From a virus: DNA of 64,000 nucleotides. The DNA lies in the IMG/VR virus record IMGVR_UViG_3300029922_000003. One strand, given 5' to 3'. Each line of letters opens with the position of its first letter. Position 1 is the stretch's first letter. Position numbers and translations under genes: made by a program. Positions 52,020 through 61,769 of the stretch are shown one piece after another. A model generated the notes under the pieces. It was not told the origin of the DNA. It searched no databases and saw only the letters and a program-made list of their open reading frames with translations.

Positions 52020-53181
52020 TCCCAGATTCAGTGTTTAATTGATCCTCCTCTTTCTTTAGATGCTCATATGTCAATATTTTGTCATCTAATACAATATCTA
52101 GTTCCTGCTGGAATACTTCTATTCTGCTTGGGTCGTGGGCGAAGTCATAAAACTCTTGCGCAGTTAATGCTCTTTCCTTAGGAATCCCCATTTCATCAGA
52201 AAAAAACTTAGGACCTTTGACTTGTTGGAAGCCACCAATTTCCCCAGAAGCGAGCATGGAGGTTGTTGCCTCTACAAAATCAAAAGACTTGTTCCATCTA
52301 ATATTATAATTAATCTCTCTAAATGGTACTCCAATTTTGTTCTTTTTAAGCGTTAGTTTGGTTTTGAATCCATCCTTTTCTTCTCCTGAAGAGTCCTTTA
52401 AGGCACTTTGTCTTTTAAGTATCAGATTGTATGTACTTACAAAAGGAATTGCCTTCCCGCCACTTCCAATCAGTTTGTCTATCTCGGCAACGGGAACTCT
52501 TGCTGCAAAACCAGTTGCAATAGCTTCCCTACCCTGATTTACAAGAACGAGAAGGGTATTGGTTTCTTTTATTTTGTTTTTACAAAGATTCAACCAATCT
52601 TTGAGCTGCTTGGAGACCCCACCTACTTTTTGTTGAACAAAATTTTCCTCATCCTCTTCTAACCTCTCATCAGAACTGCCTGCTATTGAATCAATTACGA
52701 TGCACTTTGGGATTTCCCCTTCGGGGTCTAATTTAAGAAATAAGTTTAATTGATCAAGGGTCATTCTCATAGCACCTTCAATACTGGTCGGATGGAAGAC
52801 TCTAAACTCTTCTGGCTTAGATAGATATGCCCTCATGTGTTTTGTTGAACCCGCTTGCTCGGTCTCTATTAAGCAGCTCAACCCTCCAGCTCTCATACAG
52901 AGGTCTGCTATCCACAATCCCAATGAAGTCTTCCCAGACCCCTCGGCAGCTAATATTTGCATCACCCTTCCAAGTGCGAACCCCTTTCTGCCTAGAGCCC
53001 ACTGAAATCCCAAGTCTGGGACATAAATATATTGTAAATTTCCATCTTCCTCAGTCGCTGAAGACACCATATCAGATCCATATTTTTCTTTAACTCCAGC
53101 GGCACTCTCCGCAAAATATTGCTCAACAACGCTTGAGTATTTACTAACTTCCGTCGATTTCTCTTTCTTTGTTCTTGCCAT
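51979..53181 (-). CDS. recA: RecA/UvsX-like recombinase
   Basis: Walker A AAEGSGKT, IETE, Walker B IVIDSIAG, VNQ, SGGKAIPF, KNKIGVPFRE. Confidence 0.9.
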   Translation of the reverse strand: MARTKKEKSTEVSKYSSVVEQYFAESAAGVKEKYGSDMVSSATEEDGNLQYIYVPDLGFQWALGRKGFALGRVMQILAAEGSGKTSLGLWIADLCMRAGGLSCLIETEQAGSTKHMRAYLSKPEEFRVFHPTSIEGAMRMTLDQLNLFLKLDPEGEIPKCIVIDSIAGSSDERLEEDEENFVQQKVGGVSKQLKDWLNLCKNKIKETNTLLVLVNQGREAIATGFAARVPVAEIDKLIGSGGKAIPFVSTYNLILKRQSALKDSSGEEKDGFKTKLTLKKNKIGVPFREINYNIRWNKSFDFVEATTSMLASGEIGGFQQVKGPKFFSDEMGIPKERALTAQEFYDFAHDPSRIEVFQQELDIVLDDKILTYEHLKKEEDQLNTESGIIPSVVLPESPVE

Positions 53182-53232
53182 AAATTTATTTTGTTTGGTT
53201 TGGAGAGGGGGCCGAAGCCCCCTCCCACTTTA

Positions 53233-54447
53233 TTAATCAAAGAGTTCAGCTACGCTGCTCTTCGTTGCTTTCTTTCGTTGTGGAACGGACTCAACCACTA
53301 CATCCTCTAGTTCATCATCGTCGTCGAGAGATGTTGCTCTCTTGGAAGCTGGAGCTGGAAGTTCATCTTCCTCTGGCTCAAAGCTCCGAGCCGACTCACG
53401 TACTGGCTCATCAGCAGACTCCTCTTCCTCATCATCAAGGCTATTCCTTTTAGAGGGACCTGCCTTTGCTGCTGGGCGTCTGAATTCTGCATCAGGGATC
53501 TCGTCTTCTTCCTCATCGTCATCGTATGAGGTTGAGGTGACACTGACTCCTGTTGCCTTCTTGATCATTGCCTCAATGCCTGGCACCCTTCGCGAGAATG
53601 CCCTTTCGAGCAGCTTGGGTGTGTCACTGAAGTAATAGATCAGCTTGCTGATAATTTCACCCTCAGTGATTTCATTGAAGATGCTATCAAGGTCGTATCG
53701 AGCCTTGAGAACAGAGCTTGTCGTCTTGATAGGATCTTCGTCATCGAGCGGAACCATGTTGTAGATGGAGATACCGCCAGTAGGTCCTGGGCAGATCTTC
53801 AGAGAGCAAGGAACTAGCTTCCTTGGATCAGTGATATCACCCCAGTAATACTCATCTGCAGATCCCTTCTCTGCCTTGCGGTTCTTACGCCCAAGTTCAG
53901 ATAGAAGACCCCAGCCCTTCGACTCAGAGTCTCTGCTAGTGAAAGCACCAATAGGGATCTGTAGGATTACGGGCTTGTCGGATGGGTTATCCTTGTCGTA
54001 CAAAATAATTGAATTAACAACATAGCCGCTCCACATGGATCCAAGACGAACATGTTCGTTCTTGTATGCATTGGGGATCTTCTTGCCATCAGAACCATAC
54101 CCTGCGATGAGGGCATACTTCGGATCGGCCTTGGCTGTTTTGATTAGCTCCTGAATTGGATCGTATGCGTCTGGGTCAAACGTCTTGGCGCTAATAATAT
54201 TTGATTCCTTTCCAACGAATGGATGGAAGTAAACTCCCACTGCCCAGTTGGTGTATGCATCTGGGTTCTCTTCGTCACGATAGGGCAAGAAACTTGCCTT
54301 ATCCTCTTTGTCACCAATTGCCGGCAAGATGCAGGCAACGATATCCTTGTTCGCATTTGCGAACTTCACTCTAACACCTTCGCGATATACAAAATGCTTG
54401 GACGTATAGTTCCGATCATTTTGGAAATCATTAATTCCTCTGGCCAT
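53233..54447 (-). CDS. Probable single-stranded DNA-binding protein (gp32-like by context)
   Basis: Between polymerase and recombinase; very acidic tail ending ELFD; hairpin downstream. Confidence 0.5.
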   Translation of the reverse strand: MARGINDFQNDRNYTSKHFVYREGVRVKFANANKDIVACILPAIGDKEDKASFLPYRDEENPDAYTNWAVGVYFHPFVGKESNIISAKTFDPDAYDPIQELIKTAKADPKYALIAGYGSDGKKIPNAYKNEHVRLGSMWSGYVVNSIILYDKDNPSDKPVILQIPIGAFTSRDSESKGWGLLSELGRKNRKAEKGSADEYYWGDITDPRKLVPCSLKICPGPTGGISIYNMVPLDDEDPIKTTSSVLKARYDLDSIFNEITEGEIISKLIYYFSDTPKLLERAFSRRVPGIEAMIKKATGVSVTSTSYDDDEEEDEIPDAEFRRPAAKAGPSKRNSLDDEEEESADEPVRESARSFEPEEDELPAPASKRATSLDDDDELEDVVVESVPQRKKATKSSVAELFD

Positions 54448-54479
54448 ATGTTATTTTAGTTTATTTAGTTTTGTTTTTA

Positions 54480-57272
54480 TTAGTTTATTTCGTCGATGTC
54501 GTAGAACTCAATACCATCTGCAAGGATAGACTTCCTGCCTCCATATACATTAATCTTCCCATATACAAATACTACCGCTTCCTCTTTCACCTTATCTGCC
54601 ATGCCTGCATACAACTTGGGAAAGATAGTAACACTCATTTTGTGTTCCTTATTTCCCATGTCAATGAAGCACATGTCATCACCCTTCTTCGTCTTTATCT
54701 TGTTGAAGCCTACAACTACGCCTGCACAGCAGACGCGCTCATCGGCTGGAAGCAATGAAGCCGTAGCAATGTCGACACAACGAGTCCTTCCTTGTGACCG
54801 GAAGAACTCAACTATGTCAGGGTTGCCGATGCAAAGACTCTTGCTTTCAAGCATCTCTACCTGTCCCCTACTTAGAGGGACGTGAGGGACATTATCCTCT
54901 TTTTTCTTGCTGACAGAAAACCTAAGCTTTAGGTATTCCGTCATCAAATTATTTCTCTTATCTGTTACACTATCTCCAGCGGCCTCTGGCATTTCATCCA
55001 GAGCACCAGACCAGATCAATGCAGATATAACTCTCTTGCTGACGATTCTACGATCAGACCTCATAAACAAATCATTTAGGGACTTGTATGGAGCATTCTG
55101 TTTTAGTTCGACAGCAGCATTCTTAATCCCCTTAATCATTGTTAGTGGATATACAATCTTCTCGTATTTCTCATCGATAATATAGAAGTCGACATCACTA
55201 ACATTAATGTCTGGGTGCTTAACTCTCTCGTGGAAGAATTTTGCATTCTCTTCTAGATCTTCATGAGTAGAGTTCTGCAGGATAGCAGTCCACCACTCAA
55301 GAGGATAGTGACCCTTGAGCCAAGCACAGATGTATGCCATATAGGAATACGCCACACTATGACTAAGGTTGAAAGAGTACGAGCTACTAGCTATACAAAG
55401 ACTAACGAAGGCTGATGTCTGCTCTGCATTCCACCCTCTATCTGCAAGCCTTCTGCGGATATCTGGTAGAATCTCATTCATCTTGTCAGCCTTCTTCTTG
55501 CCGATGATCTCTCGAATCTCGTCAGCCTGCTCTCCTGTGTAGCCACAAGACTTTTGGAACATGGCAGCAATTTGCTCTTGGAACAAAACGATACCATGAG
55601 TGGACGACAGGATATCTTCAAGGTCTGGGTGTAAGAACGTAACAGCTTTTATGCCCTGACGCCTTTTAATCCAAAGATCAATGAGAGTAGTCTTCTCGTT
55701 GGTTTCCTCATCAATCATCTCTGCATACATCGTACCAGGACGACATGCTGCGGTGATGGCTGCTAGATCTAGAACGCTCCTAGGCTGAACCTGCATGCAG
55801 GTTTGTGTTGGAATTGGGCCTTTGAACTGGAAGACAGTTTCGGTTCTGCCTTGGCAGATCTCATCAAAGATCAAAGGGTCTTCTGGGATTTTGTAAATAT
55901 CCACTGAGATCTTGTGACGCTTCTTGATGAGCTTAACACAGTTGCCAATATCCTTTAGGGTATTGAGTCCTAGAAGATCGAACTTGATAAGCCCCATAGC
56001 CTCAACAGCTTCCATTGTAAACTGAGTACAGTCTTCGTTGTTGATAGTACAGACAGGGACAATCTCCACAATCGGCACGTCAGACAAGCAATATGCGCTA
56101 GCATGTCTTCCAAGTGATTTAGGGATACCAAGAACCTGAAACACAAGATTCCTCACAGCCTGAAATTCATCAAAGAACTCTCCAAGCTCCTTGTTGTTTT
56201 CTATCTCCCCCATGTGGACTATACCATCGTCATCTGTCCACCCAGTTAGCCAACCCAAGAGATCATTAAACCCCTGTGGGATATCTGGAATCGTCTTGCA
56301 TAGATTGTCCACACGAAGCTTCATCGCCTCATCTTCCTTTGTATTCAACAGAACCCTAGATACGTCTTTGATTGCGCTCTTGACCTTGTTGGTGCCAGTA
56401 GTACAAACCCTGATGAACTTGTCACCATGCTTTGCCTTAAGACACTCAACAAGCCTACCTGGGTCACTGAAGTCCACATCGATATCTGGCAGCTTTCCTC
56501 TGTTGATTCGTCCCATAGAGAGGAATCGGTCAAAGGACAATCCATAGTGAATGGGATCAACATGGGTGATCATCAAGAGATATGCCAGAAGCGAACCTCC
56601 AGCAGAACCTCGACCAGCACCAATCTCAATCCCAATAGACCTAGCTGTCTCGCAAAAATCGTGTAGTGCAAAGAAGTATGGGAGAAGGTTTACCTTACCA
56701 TTCTCTGCGATCAGCTTTACCTCCTGCTTGATTCTAGCCTTGTAGACAGGATCATCTGGTAGACGACCATATCTAGTGATCAGATCAAATAGGTGGTGCT
56801 TGTACTTGGTATCCAGATCGCAGTCCAGTTCGATAACCTCTCTGGACATCTCTACCTCTGGAAGATGGTATTCCTTCTTGAGCTGTACACGCTCACACAT
56901 TGCTGCCAATGCATGGTTGTTCTCTACCCCCTCTACAAATTGAGCTGATGTATTGCCATGCAGACTCTTCCACTTATCCCAAGCTTCCTCTGTGTTTAAT
57001 TGGTAGTACTTTGTGAAGAACTTGAGACCGCCGTCCTCCCCCCTACCGTTTTGCAGTAGGAGATCTTGAACAACCTTCTGGTCCTTATTCACAAAGTGAG
57101 CATCCAAAGTAAGCAGAAGAGGAAGACCTTCTTTCTTAGCGATCTTCATGATGAGCTCATTGCCCGCTTTCTGTAAGTCGCCATGCTGTGCTTGTGGAGA
57201 GCATTCCATTCGCACGAACATACCTCTCTCTACTTTTCTCCAGCTGCTTTTGTTAACTCTCATGCGTTTCAA
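54480..57272 (-). CDS. dnaE: DNA polymerase III alpha subunit, C-terminal part (end of PHP, catalytic, OB domains)
   Basis: LTLDAHF, GRGSAGGSL, FDRFLS, PDIDVDF, GRHASA, KFDLLGL, FQEQ, YSFNLSHS, C-terminal OB fold; alternative ATG at 57263. Confidence 0.92.
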   Translation of the reverse strand: MKRMRVNKSSWRKVERGMFVRMECSPQAQHGDLQKAGNELIMKIAKKEGLPLLLTLDAHFVNKDQKVVQDLLLQNGRGEDGGLKFFTKYYQLNTEEAWDKWKSLHGNTSAQFVEGVENNHALAAMCERVQLKKEYHLPEVEMSREVIELDCDLDTKYKHHLFDLITRYGRLPDDPVYKARIKQEVKLIAENGKVNLLPYFFALHDFCETARSIGIEIGAGRGSAGGSLLAYLLMITHVDPIHYGLSFDRFLSMGRINRGKLPDIDVDFSDPGRLVECLKAKHGDKFIRVCTTGTNKVKSAIKDVSRVLLNTKEDEAMKLRVDNLCKTIPDIPQGFNDLLGWLTGWTDDDGIVHMGEIENNKELGEFFDEFQAVRNLVFQVLGIPKSLGRHASAYCLSDVPIVEIVPVCTINNEDCTQFTMEAVEAMGLIKFDLLGLNTLKDIGNCVKLIKKRHKISVDIYKIPEDPLIFDEICQGRTETVFQFKGPIPTQTCMQVQPRSVLDLAAITAACRPGTMYAEMIDEETNEKTTLIDLWIKRRQGIKAVTFLHPDLEDILSSTHGIVLFQEQIAAMFQKSCGYTGEQADEIREIIGKKKADKMNEILPDIRRRLADRGWNAEQTSAFVSLCIASSSYSFNLSHSVAYSYMAYICAWLKGHYPLEWWTAILQNSTHEDLEENAKFFHERVKHPDINVSDVDFYIIDEKYEKIVYPLTMIKGIKNAAVELKQNAPYKSLNDLFMRSDRRIVSKRVISALIWSGALDEMPEAAGDSVTDKRNNLMTEYLKLRFSVSKKKEDNVPHVPLSRGQVEMLESKSLCIGNPDIVEFFRSQGRTRCVDIATASLLPADERVCCAGVVVGFNKIKTKKGDDMCFIDMGNKEHKMSVTIFPKLYAGMADKVKEEAVVFVYGKINVYGGRKSILADGIEFYDIDEIN

Positions 57273-58110
57273 TTATCCTTGTTGGACCAGTGAGTTCGTA
57301 TAACTCTTCTTCGCTTATGCTCATTGGAGAGTCAATTATTCGATTGGAGAGAGGGAACTCTTGTGGTCTGTCGTTGAGGGATGAAAATACCTCAGTAACT
57401 TTCCTGGTGCAAGCCTCTAGAGCAGAAATCGTACCGATGTCTGTTTCTAGCATATCTGTTTCCTTGAAGGTATACATAAATCCATTTTCTCCCTCTACTT
57501 GTATAACTCCCTTTGTCTCCCAGTCTCTATCGACGTTGTGGGGCATTACCTCCATAAATAGCCTATTGTCCGATCCGAATATCTCCATGAGCCTTTCTAG
57601 GCCATAAGCGGCCATGTCATTCTCTCCACGAAGATACGGCTTTACAATAGGCCCCTCAATACATCCACTGCCGCAGATGATTCCCTCATTGAACTCCTCT
57701 AGGTCTTCCCAAGCAACCCTGGGCTTCAAGTTTCCAAATATGTTTACAACCCTACCTGGGCCCCATGAAGCATTTGATAAAGCAAGTAGGTTCTTATACC
57801 CAGTTTGGTTCATCGCCCATAGGGTTAGATGAAAATATTTGAATGCCTTTTTGCCTGGTGCTACGTTGTATTCTTTGTGGGGAAGAAGGTATATTTCTGC
57901 ACCTGGTATCCCTTTAATATCTGTTTTTGAGGTCTTGGTTATGAGGTCATATAGCCCAAGGACATACCCGTGGTCAGTGCAACTACAAGCCTCAATCCCA
58001 TTCTCCTGGCAGTACTTTATGTATTCGTCTATTTTTGACACTCCATCCATAAGGCTATACGCTGTATGAGTGTGGAGTGGCAATATACTTAATTTAGTTG
58101 GTGCGCTCAT
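57253..58110 (-). CDS. dnaE: DNA polymerase III alpha subunit, N-terminal PHP part
   Basis: LHTHTAYSLMDG, TDHG, GAEIY, HLTL.A.NQTGYKNL, GSGC, FMEVMPH. Confidence 0.88.
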   Translation of the reverse strand: MSAPTKLSILPLHTHTAYSLMDGVSKIDEYIKYCQENGIEACSCTDHGYVLGLYDLITKTSKTDIKGIPGAEIYLLPHKEYNVAPGKKAFKYFHLTLWAMNQTGYKNLLALSNASWGPGRVVNIFGNLKPRVAWEDLEEFNEGIICGSGCIEGPIVKPYLRGENDMAAYGLERLMEIFGSDNRLFMEVMPHNVDRDWETKGVIQVEGENGFMYTFKETDMLETDIGTISALEACTRKVTEVFSSLNDRPQEFPLSNRIIDSPMSISEEELYELTGPTRIIETHES

Positions 58111-58203
58111 ACTTCTGTGTGTGTTTGTGTGCAGACGCAACGAGCCCCTTGCGCGGGGCTGTGGCGATCTACGATAGCCTACCAATGGGTAGGCGCAGTA
58201 CTA

Positions 58204-58470
58204 TTAACTGAACGAGAAGTTCGGATCGAACTCAATCGCTTTGTAGTGATTGTGGGAAACTTTCTCTACCATACCCTCTTCGCACATGCGCTTCATAAAG
58301 ATGAATACGCTTTCTGGATTGATCTTGGCCTTCACTCTCTTACTGACGAGTTTGATCACGTCAGGAAGGTGAACAACACCATTGTCGCTTTCCATAGAGA
58401 GCATTGATTGATAGATTATATCTTCAAAGTCATCAGGGTACTTTTGGGCGGTAGTCATTTGGGTTTCCAT
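58204..58470 (-). CDS. Small hypothetical protein (winged-helix-like)
   Basis: Helix-turn-helix spacing followed by EGMVEKV..NHY wing-like pattern. Confidence 0.5.
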   Translation of the reverse strand: METQMTTAQKYPDDFEDIIYQSMLSMESDNGVVHLPDVIKLVSKRVKAKINPESVFIFMKRMCEEGMVEKVSHNHYKAIEFDPNFSFS

Positions 58471-59485
58471 ATTTTGCTTCAATCTGCTTCCAGATTTCCG
58501 ACCTAGGTGCTTCACCTGGATCCTTGAATCCTTCAAGCTTCATAGTTAAAAGATATACCCCCTTGAACGAATCTTCAAGTCTCTTGAACCATTCGTCTTG
58601 GGTATTTACATCCTGGTCCAAAATCATAATGATCTTAGTCCAGTTGGTGCAAATTATCCTAATTTGATCTCGTGTTAGTTTCTTTCCAAAGGTGGCGACA
58701 GAGCAGCACCCTACCTTTAGAGCATCAATTGGCCCTTCAGTAACAACGACATATCCTTCATTTTTGACGGCTTTATCAAAGTTAAATAGGGATCTTGCTC
58801 GCTGCATTCCAGGGCAAGTATAATACTTTGGGACATGGTGATCTGACCAATGAAACCCACCACCCTCAAGCGGGATCTTTTCCATTATGTCCCAACCGAA
58901 GGCATCTCCCTTCCAGATCATCCTATCCCCGCGATCATTTACCTTTTCCACCTGTCGTGCCTGCCACCCCATAAGGGTACCAGCCATGACTACGGGGAAT
59001 ATAATTCTCCCAGAGGTAGTTCCCATATTGTCACTGAACCTATATGTACCATCAGTACAGTATGACAACTTGAATCGGTCAGCATCTTCCATAGAGATGC
59101 CTCTTTGGGTTAGATACTCTACAGCGGGATGATTGTCCTCAAGACTACTCATCTTTACCATCTCACCAGGGACAGGAATATCGTCTTTCCAGATTGTTCT
59201 GTTTGATCGATATACCTGACACGATGTCTCAGAGTCTTTGGGTCTACGAACCTTCATTCCTATAAAGAATTGACGACCCTCGTCGAAGAAGTCTTTGTAG
59301 GCATTGCCGGCGTGTCCGCAGTCGTGACAGATGTATGCGCCAGTGTCAGCGTTGATGGACATCTTATACCGTCCACCCTTCTTGTGGAAGCGTGGACAGT
59401 GTACGGTGAATTCTGTATGATCCCTGGAAAAAGTCTGCTGAGCTTCAGGAAAGACTCGTTCTACTTCTTCAAAGGATAGACTCAT
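58433..59485 (-). CDS. dnaG: DNA primase (Zn ribbon plus Toprim)
   Basis: VHCP...ICHDCG, RIIFPV, GWQAR, VVTEGPIDA, LDQD, KDPGE. Confidence 0.85.
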   Translation of the reverse strand: MSLSFEEVERVFPEAQQTFSRDHTEFTVHCPRFHKKGGRYKMSINADTGAYICHDCGHAGNAYKDFFDEGRQFFIGMKVRRPKDSETSCQVYRSNRTIWKDDIPVPGEMVKMSSLEDNHPAVEYLTQRGISMEDADRFKLSYCTDGTYRFSDNMGTTSGRIIFPVVMAGTLMGWQARQVEKVNDRGDRMIWKGDAFGWDIMEKIPLEGGGFHWSDHHVPKYYTCPGMQRARSLFNFDKAVKNEGYVVVTEGPIDALKVGCCSVATFGKKLTRDQIRIICTNWTKIIMILDQDVNTQDEWFKRLEDSFKGVYLLTMKLEGFKDPGEAPRSEIWKQIEAKYGNPNDYRPKVP

Positions 59486-59820
59486 GTGAGATCGAATTCG
59501 TATCCGTATTTGGTTTTTGTTGCCCTATATTCCTGGGCAGGGGTTCCTAGGTTGTTTATGTGCTTCAACGCATAGTTCCTGAAGATCTCAGAAAGCTGAG
59601 AGAACAGCACCGGGTCAAAGGGGAGTTTATAAACATTTATTTCATCATCTGGTGAGACAAATGTCGCAATGACAATTGCCTCTCTGTCGTCGTCCTCTTG
59701 ATAGGTTATGTCCATCTCTGAGGAGTATAACTCAAGACCTACTATTTCTCCTAGGTCCGCCGAGTCTCCAACTTTTCCAATTGGCCATTGCTGTATTGGT
59801 CGTTGTTCTGTGTATTCCAT
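59482..59820 (-). CDS. Hypothetical protein
   Basis: 112 aa between primase and helicase. Confidence 0.6.
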   Translation of the reverse strand: MEYTEQRPIQQWPIGKVGDSADLGEIVGLELYSSEMDITYQEDDDREAIVIATFVSPDDEINVYKLPFDPVLFSQLSEIFRNYALKHINNLGTPAQEYRATKTKYGYEFDLT

Positions 59821-59821
59821 A

Positions 59822-61213
59822 CTATCGTGTGTTCTGTGTTCGTCTATTTACTGGAGTAAAATTTGCCGCACTTGGAACTGCATTGAGCAGGTCTGGTGGG
59901 ATATCCTCAAAGGTCTGTTTGTCTAGCCTTGCGAGAATTTGTGATTCAAATATCTGTCCGTCTCGCATCTTGCCTGCCTTAACTGTCATTCTCCCGCCCT
60001 CTCTGTCTTGGTCAGTTGCGCCGATTCCAAGAAAGACTGAGCATCGCCATGACTTACTAAAGCCCTCTGCTGCGTTTGACATACGGACTTCTCTCTGTCC
60101 ATCCCCCTTGGCATTTGCCTGGGTTGCTGTCCAAAATGCCACGTTAAATCTCTTTGCGATGTCAGAGCATCCCTTAGAGTAGTTCTGAAGCTGGTGTCGC
60201 AGCTCTCTGGATACATACCCATTGCTTCTATCTGATGGGTCTGTTTCGAGGGCGTCTAGCCAATCAAGGAAGATCATGTCTGGCATCTCCTCAGGGGACA
60301 GTCCAGCCAATCGATTTTCTATCATCTTGAGGGAGCAAGCTTCCTCTGAATAATCCCAGATATCAAAGTTTGCTCTAACCTCTAGGGGAAATGTATCCCT
60401 AATCTGATGAACCTCATCCCTAACTTTATCCATGTCACCATCATCACCATACCTGATCCTGTTGTAATCAACCTGGGTCATTCTGGAATACAACCTTTCT
60501 GAGATCTTCTTCTGTGGCAGCTCTAGGGTGATTAGTAGTGTCTTCTTGTGAGAGAGGCAAGCTCCCCAACAAAAGTTAATCCCTACGGTTGTTTTGCCTA
60601 AACCAGAAACACCGCAAACTACTCCAAACTCCCCCTTACCAAGACCGCCATTCATCCTAGAGTCAATTGCGTTAATCCCGCATGGGACATACTCAACCGG
60701 AACATCGGACATCTGGCAATCAATAAGAGGCTTTATGGATACAGATTTTGAACTACTTGGTTTTGATTCCTCAAGCGCCTTAGATATCTTACTGGCAAAC
60801 TCCTGTGGCGTACCCTTCTTATATCCACTGATCAATCTTGAAATTTTTATCTCAGACAGAAATGCAGGAAGAATTTTAAGGAAGTACTCCTCGTGGAGTT
60901 TCATGTCATAGATTGCCTCAACCTCTCTTATTAGTGGTTTTCTTTCTGTAGCCAAAATATCTCCTGATTCAATCATCTCCTTGAGATGCATTGCCAGGAG
61001 TTCTACTGGGATACATTCGGTGGGTACTACCCCCTGAACATTCAGTATCTTTTTGGCTGCAATTAAGATTCCACTATGAATCGGTAGCTCTACGTCGTTG
61101 TGGGTAAATCTGCCTTCGTGCAGGTACCTTAGAAGGCTCGGGCAGCGTATCGTGTGCGCTATCATCGACCTCTGAAAGTCTTTGTGGAAATAATCTGTTG
61201 TATCTTGAGACAT
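59822..61213 (-). CDS. dnaB: Replicative DnaB-like helicase
   Basis: GVSGLGKTT, ITLELP, IFLDWLD, WTATQAN, AEGFSK, KMRDG. Confidence 0.88.
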   Translation of the reverse strand: MSQDTTDYFHKDFQRSMIAHTIRCPSLLRYLHEGRFTHNDVELPIHSGILIAAKKILNVQGVVPTECIPVELLAMHLKEMIESGDILATERKPLIREVEAIYDMKLHEEYFLKILPAFLSEIKISRLISGYKKGTPQEFASKISKALEESKPSSSKSVSIKPLIDCQMSDVPVEYVPCGINAIDSRMNGGLGKGEFGVVCGVSGLGKTTVGINFCWGACLSHKKTLLITLELPQKKISERLYSRMTQVDYNRIRYGDDGDMDKVRDEVHQIRDTFPLEVRANFDIWDYSEEACSLKMIENRLAGLSPEEMPDMIFLDWLDALETDPSDRSNGYVSRELRHQLQNYSKGCSDIAKRFNVAFWTATQANAKGDGQREVRMSNAAEGFSKSWRCSVFLGIGATDQDREGGRMTVKAGKMRDGQIFESQILARLDKQTFEDIPPDLLNAVPSAANFTPVNRRTQNTR

Positions 61214-61769
61214 AGGTATCCTTTATATATTTGTCAATTGATGGGTTGGCCTTGACCTCCGCGTATGCAGTTGCCCCATATCTTTCTAAAAACTCTGGTA
61301 AAACGTCCTCGCTGCATAGCAATATACGAATATATGCCTTCACCGGAACGAAGTCTAGACCAAGAATATTGTCGACTTCTCCATGAGTTTTTGTATAGAA
61401 AGCTATGGCGTCATTGAGGTATCTTATTTGGTTTGTAAACTCCAGCTCGCCAATGGTTTTCCCTTTGTTGAGATAATTGTTGTAAATGCTCTGTGCTCTC
61501 GGGGAGCACAGTTGATTTACAAATGGAGCACCACCCCAGCACTCAAAAAGTGATTCTAGGTAGGTTACTGGATCTGCTTTTAGTCTAATAAGTGTATTGG
61601 CCAACTTGAACCATTCACTATCAAACTTTTTGCCGCACTTGTACCCAGGGGCTGATCGCCCCCTAAAGCACTCGTAGACTCGCTGGCATTTTCTAGCTAG
61701 CGAACTGGCATCTACTTCTTCAGGTTGCATCTTGTAAAAATTGTATTTGGTCTGGTGAGACATCTTCAA
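61074..61769 (-). CDS. Hypothetical replication-module protein (possible helicase loader)
   Basis: Between two helicases; 140-nt overlap with dnaB. Confidence 0.65.
   Translation of the reverse strand: MKMSHQTKYNFYKMQPEEVDASSLARKCQRVYECFRGRSAPGYKCGKKFDSEWFKLANTLIRLKADPVTYLESLFECWGGAPFVNQLCSPRAQSIYNNYLNKGKTIGELEFTNQIRYLNDAIAFYTKTHGEVDNILGLDFVPVKAYIRILLCSEDVLPEFLERYGATAYAEVKANPSIDKYIKDTYVSRYNRLFPQRLSEVDDSAHDTLPEPSKVPARRQIYPQRRRATDS

Noticed and set aside
100-54470. AC-rich leaders as proof of a non-Shine-Dalgarno host
   Set aside because: Many genes have AAC-rich leaders, but others have clear AAGGAG/AGGAGG (7225, 7593, 17448), so host inference is not safe
57253-57520. Split intein at the DnaE break
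   Set aside because: No N-terminal Cys/Ser block A and no His-Asn/Cys C-terminal junction in either ORF
61074-61213. 140-nt overlap with dnaB as an overprinted function
   Set aside because: The overlapping tail is low-information and most simply a read-on after loss of a stop codon
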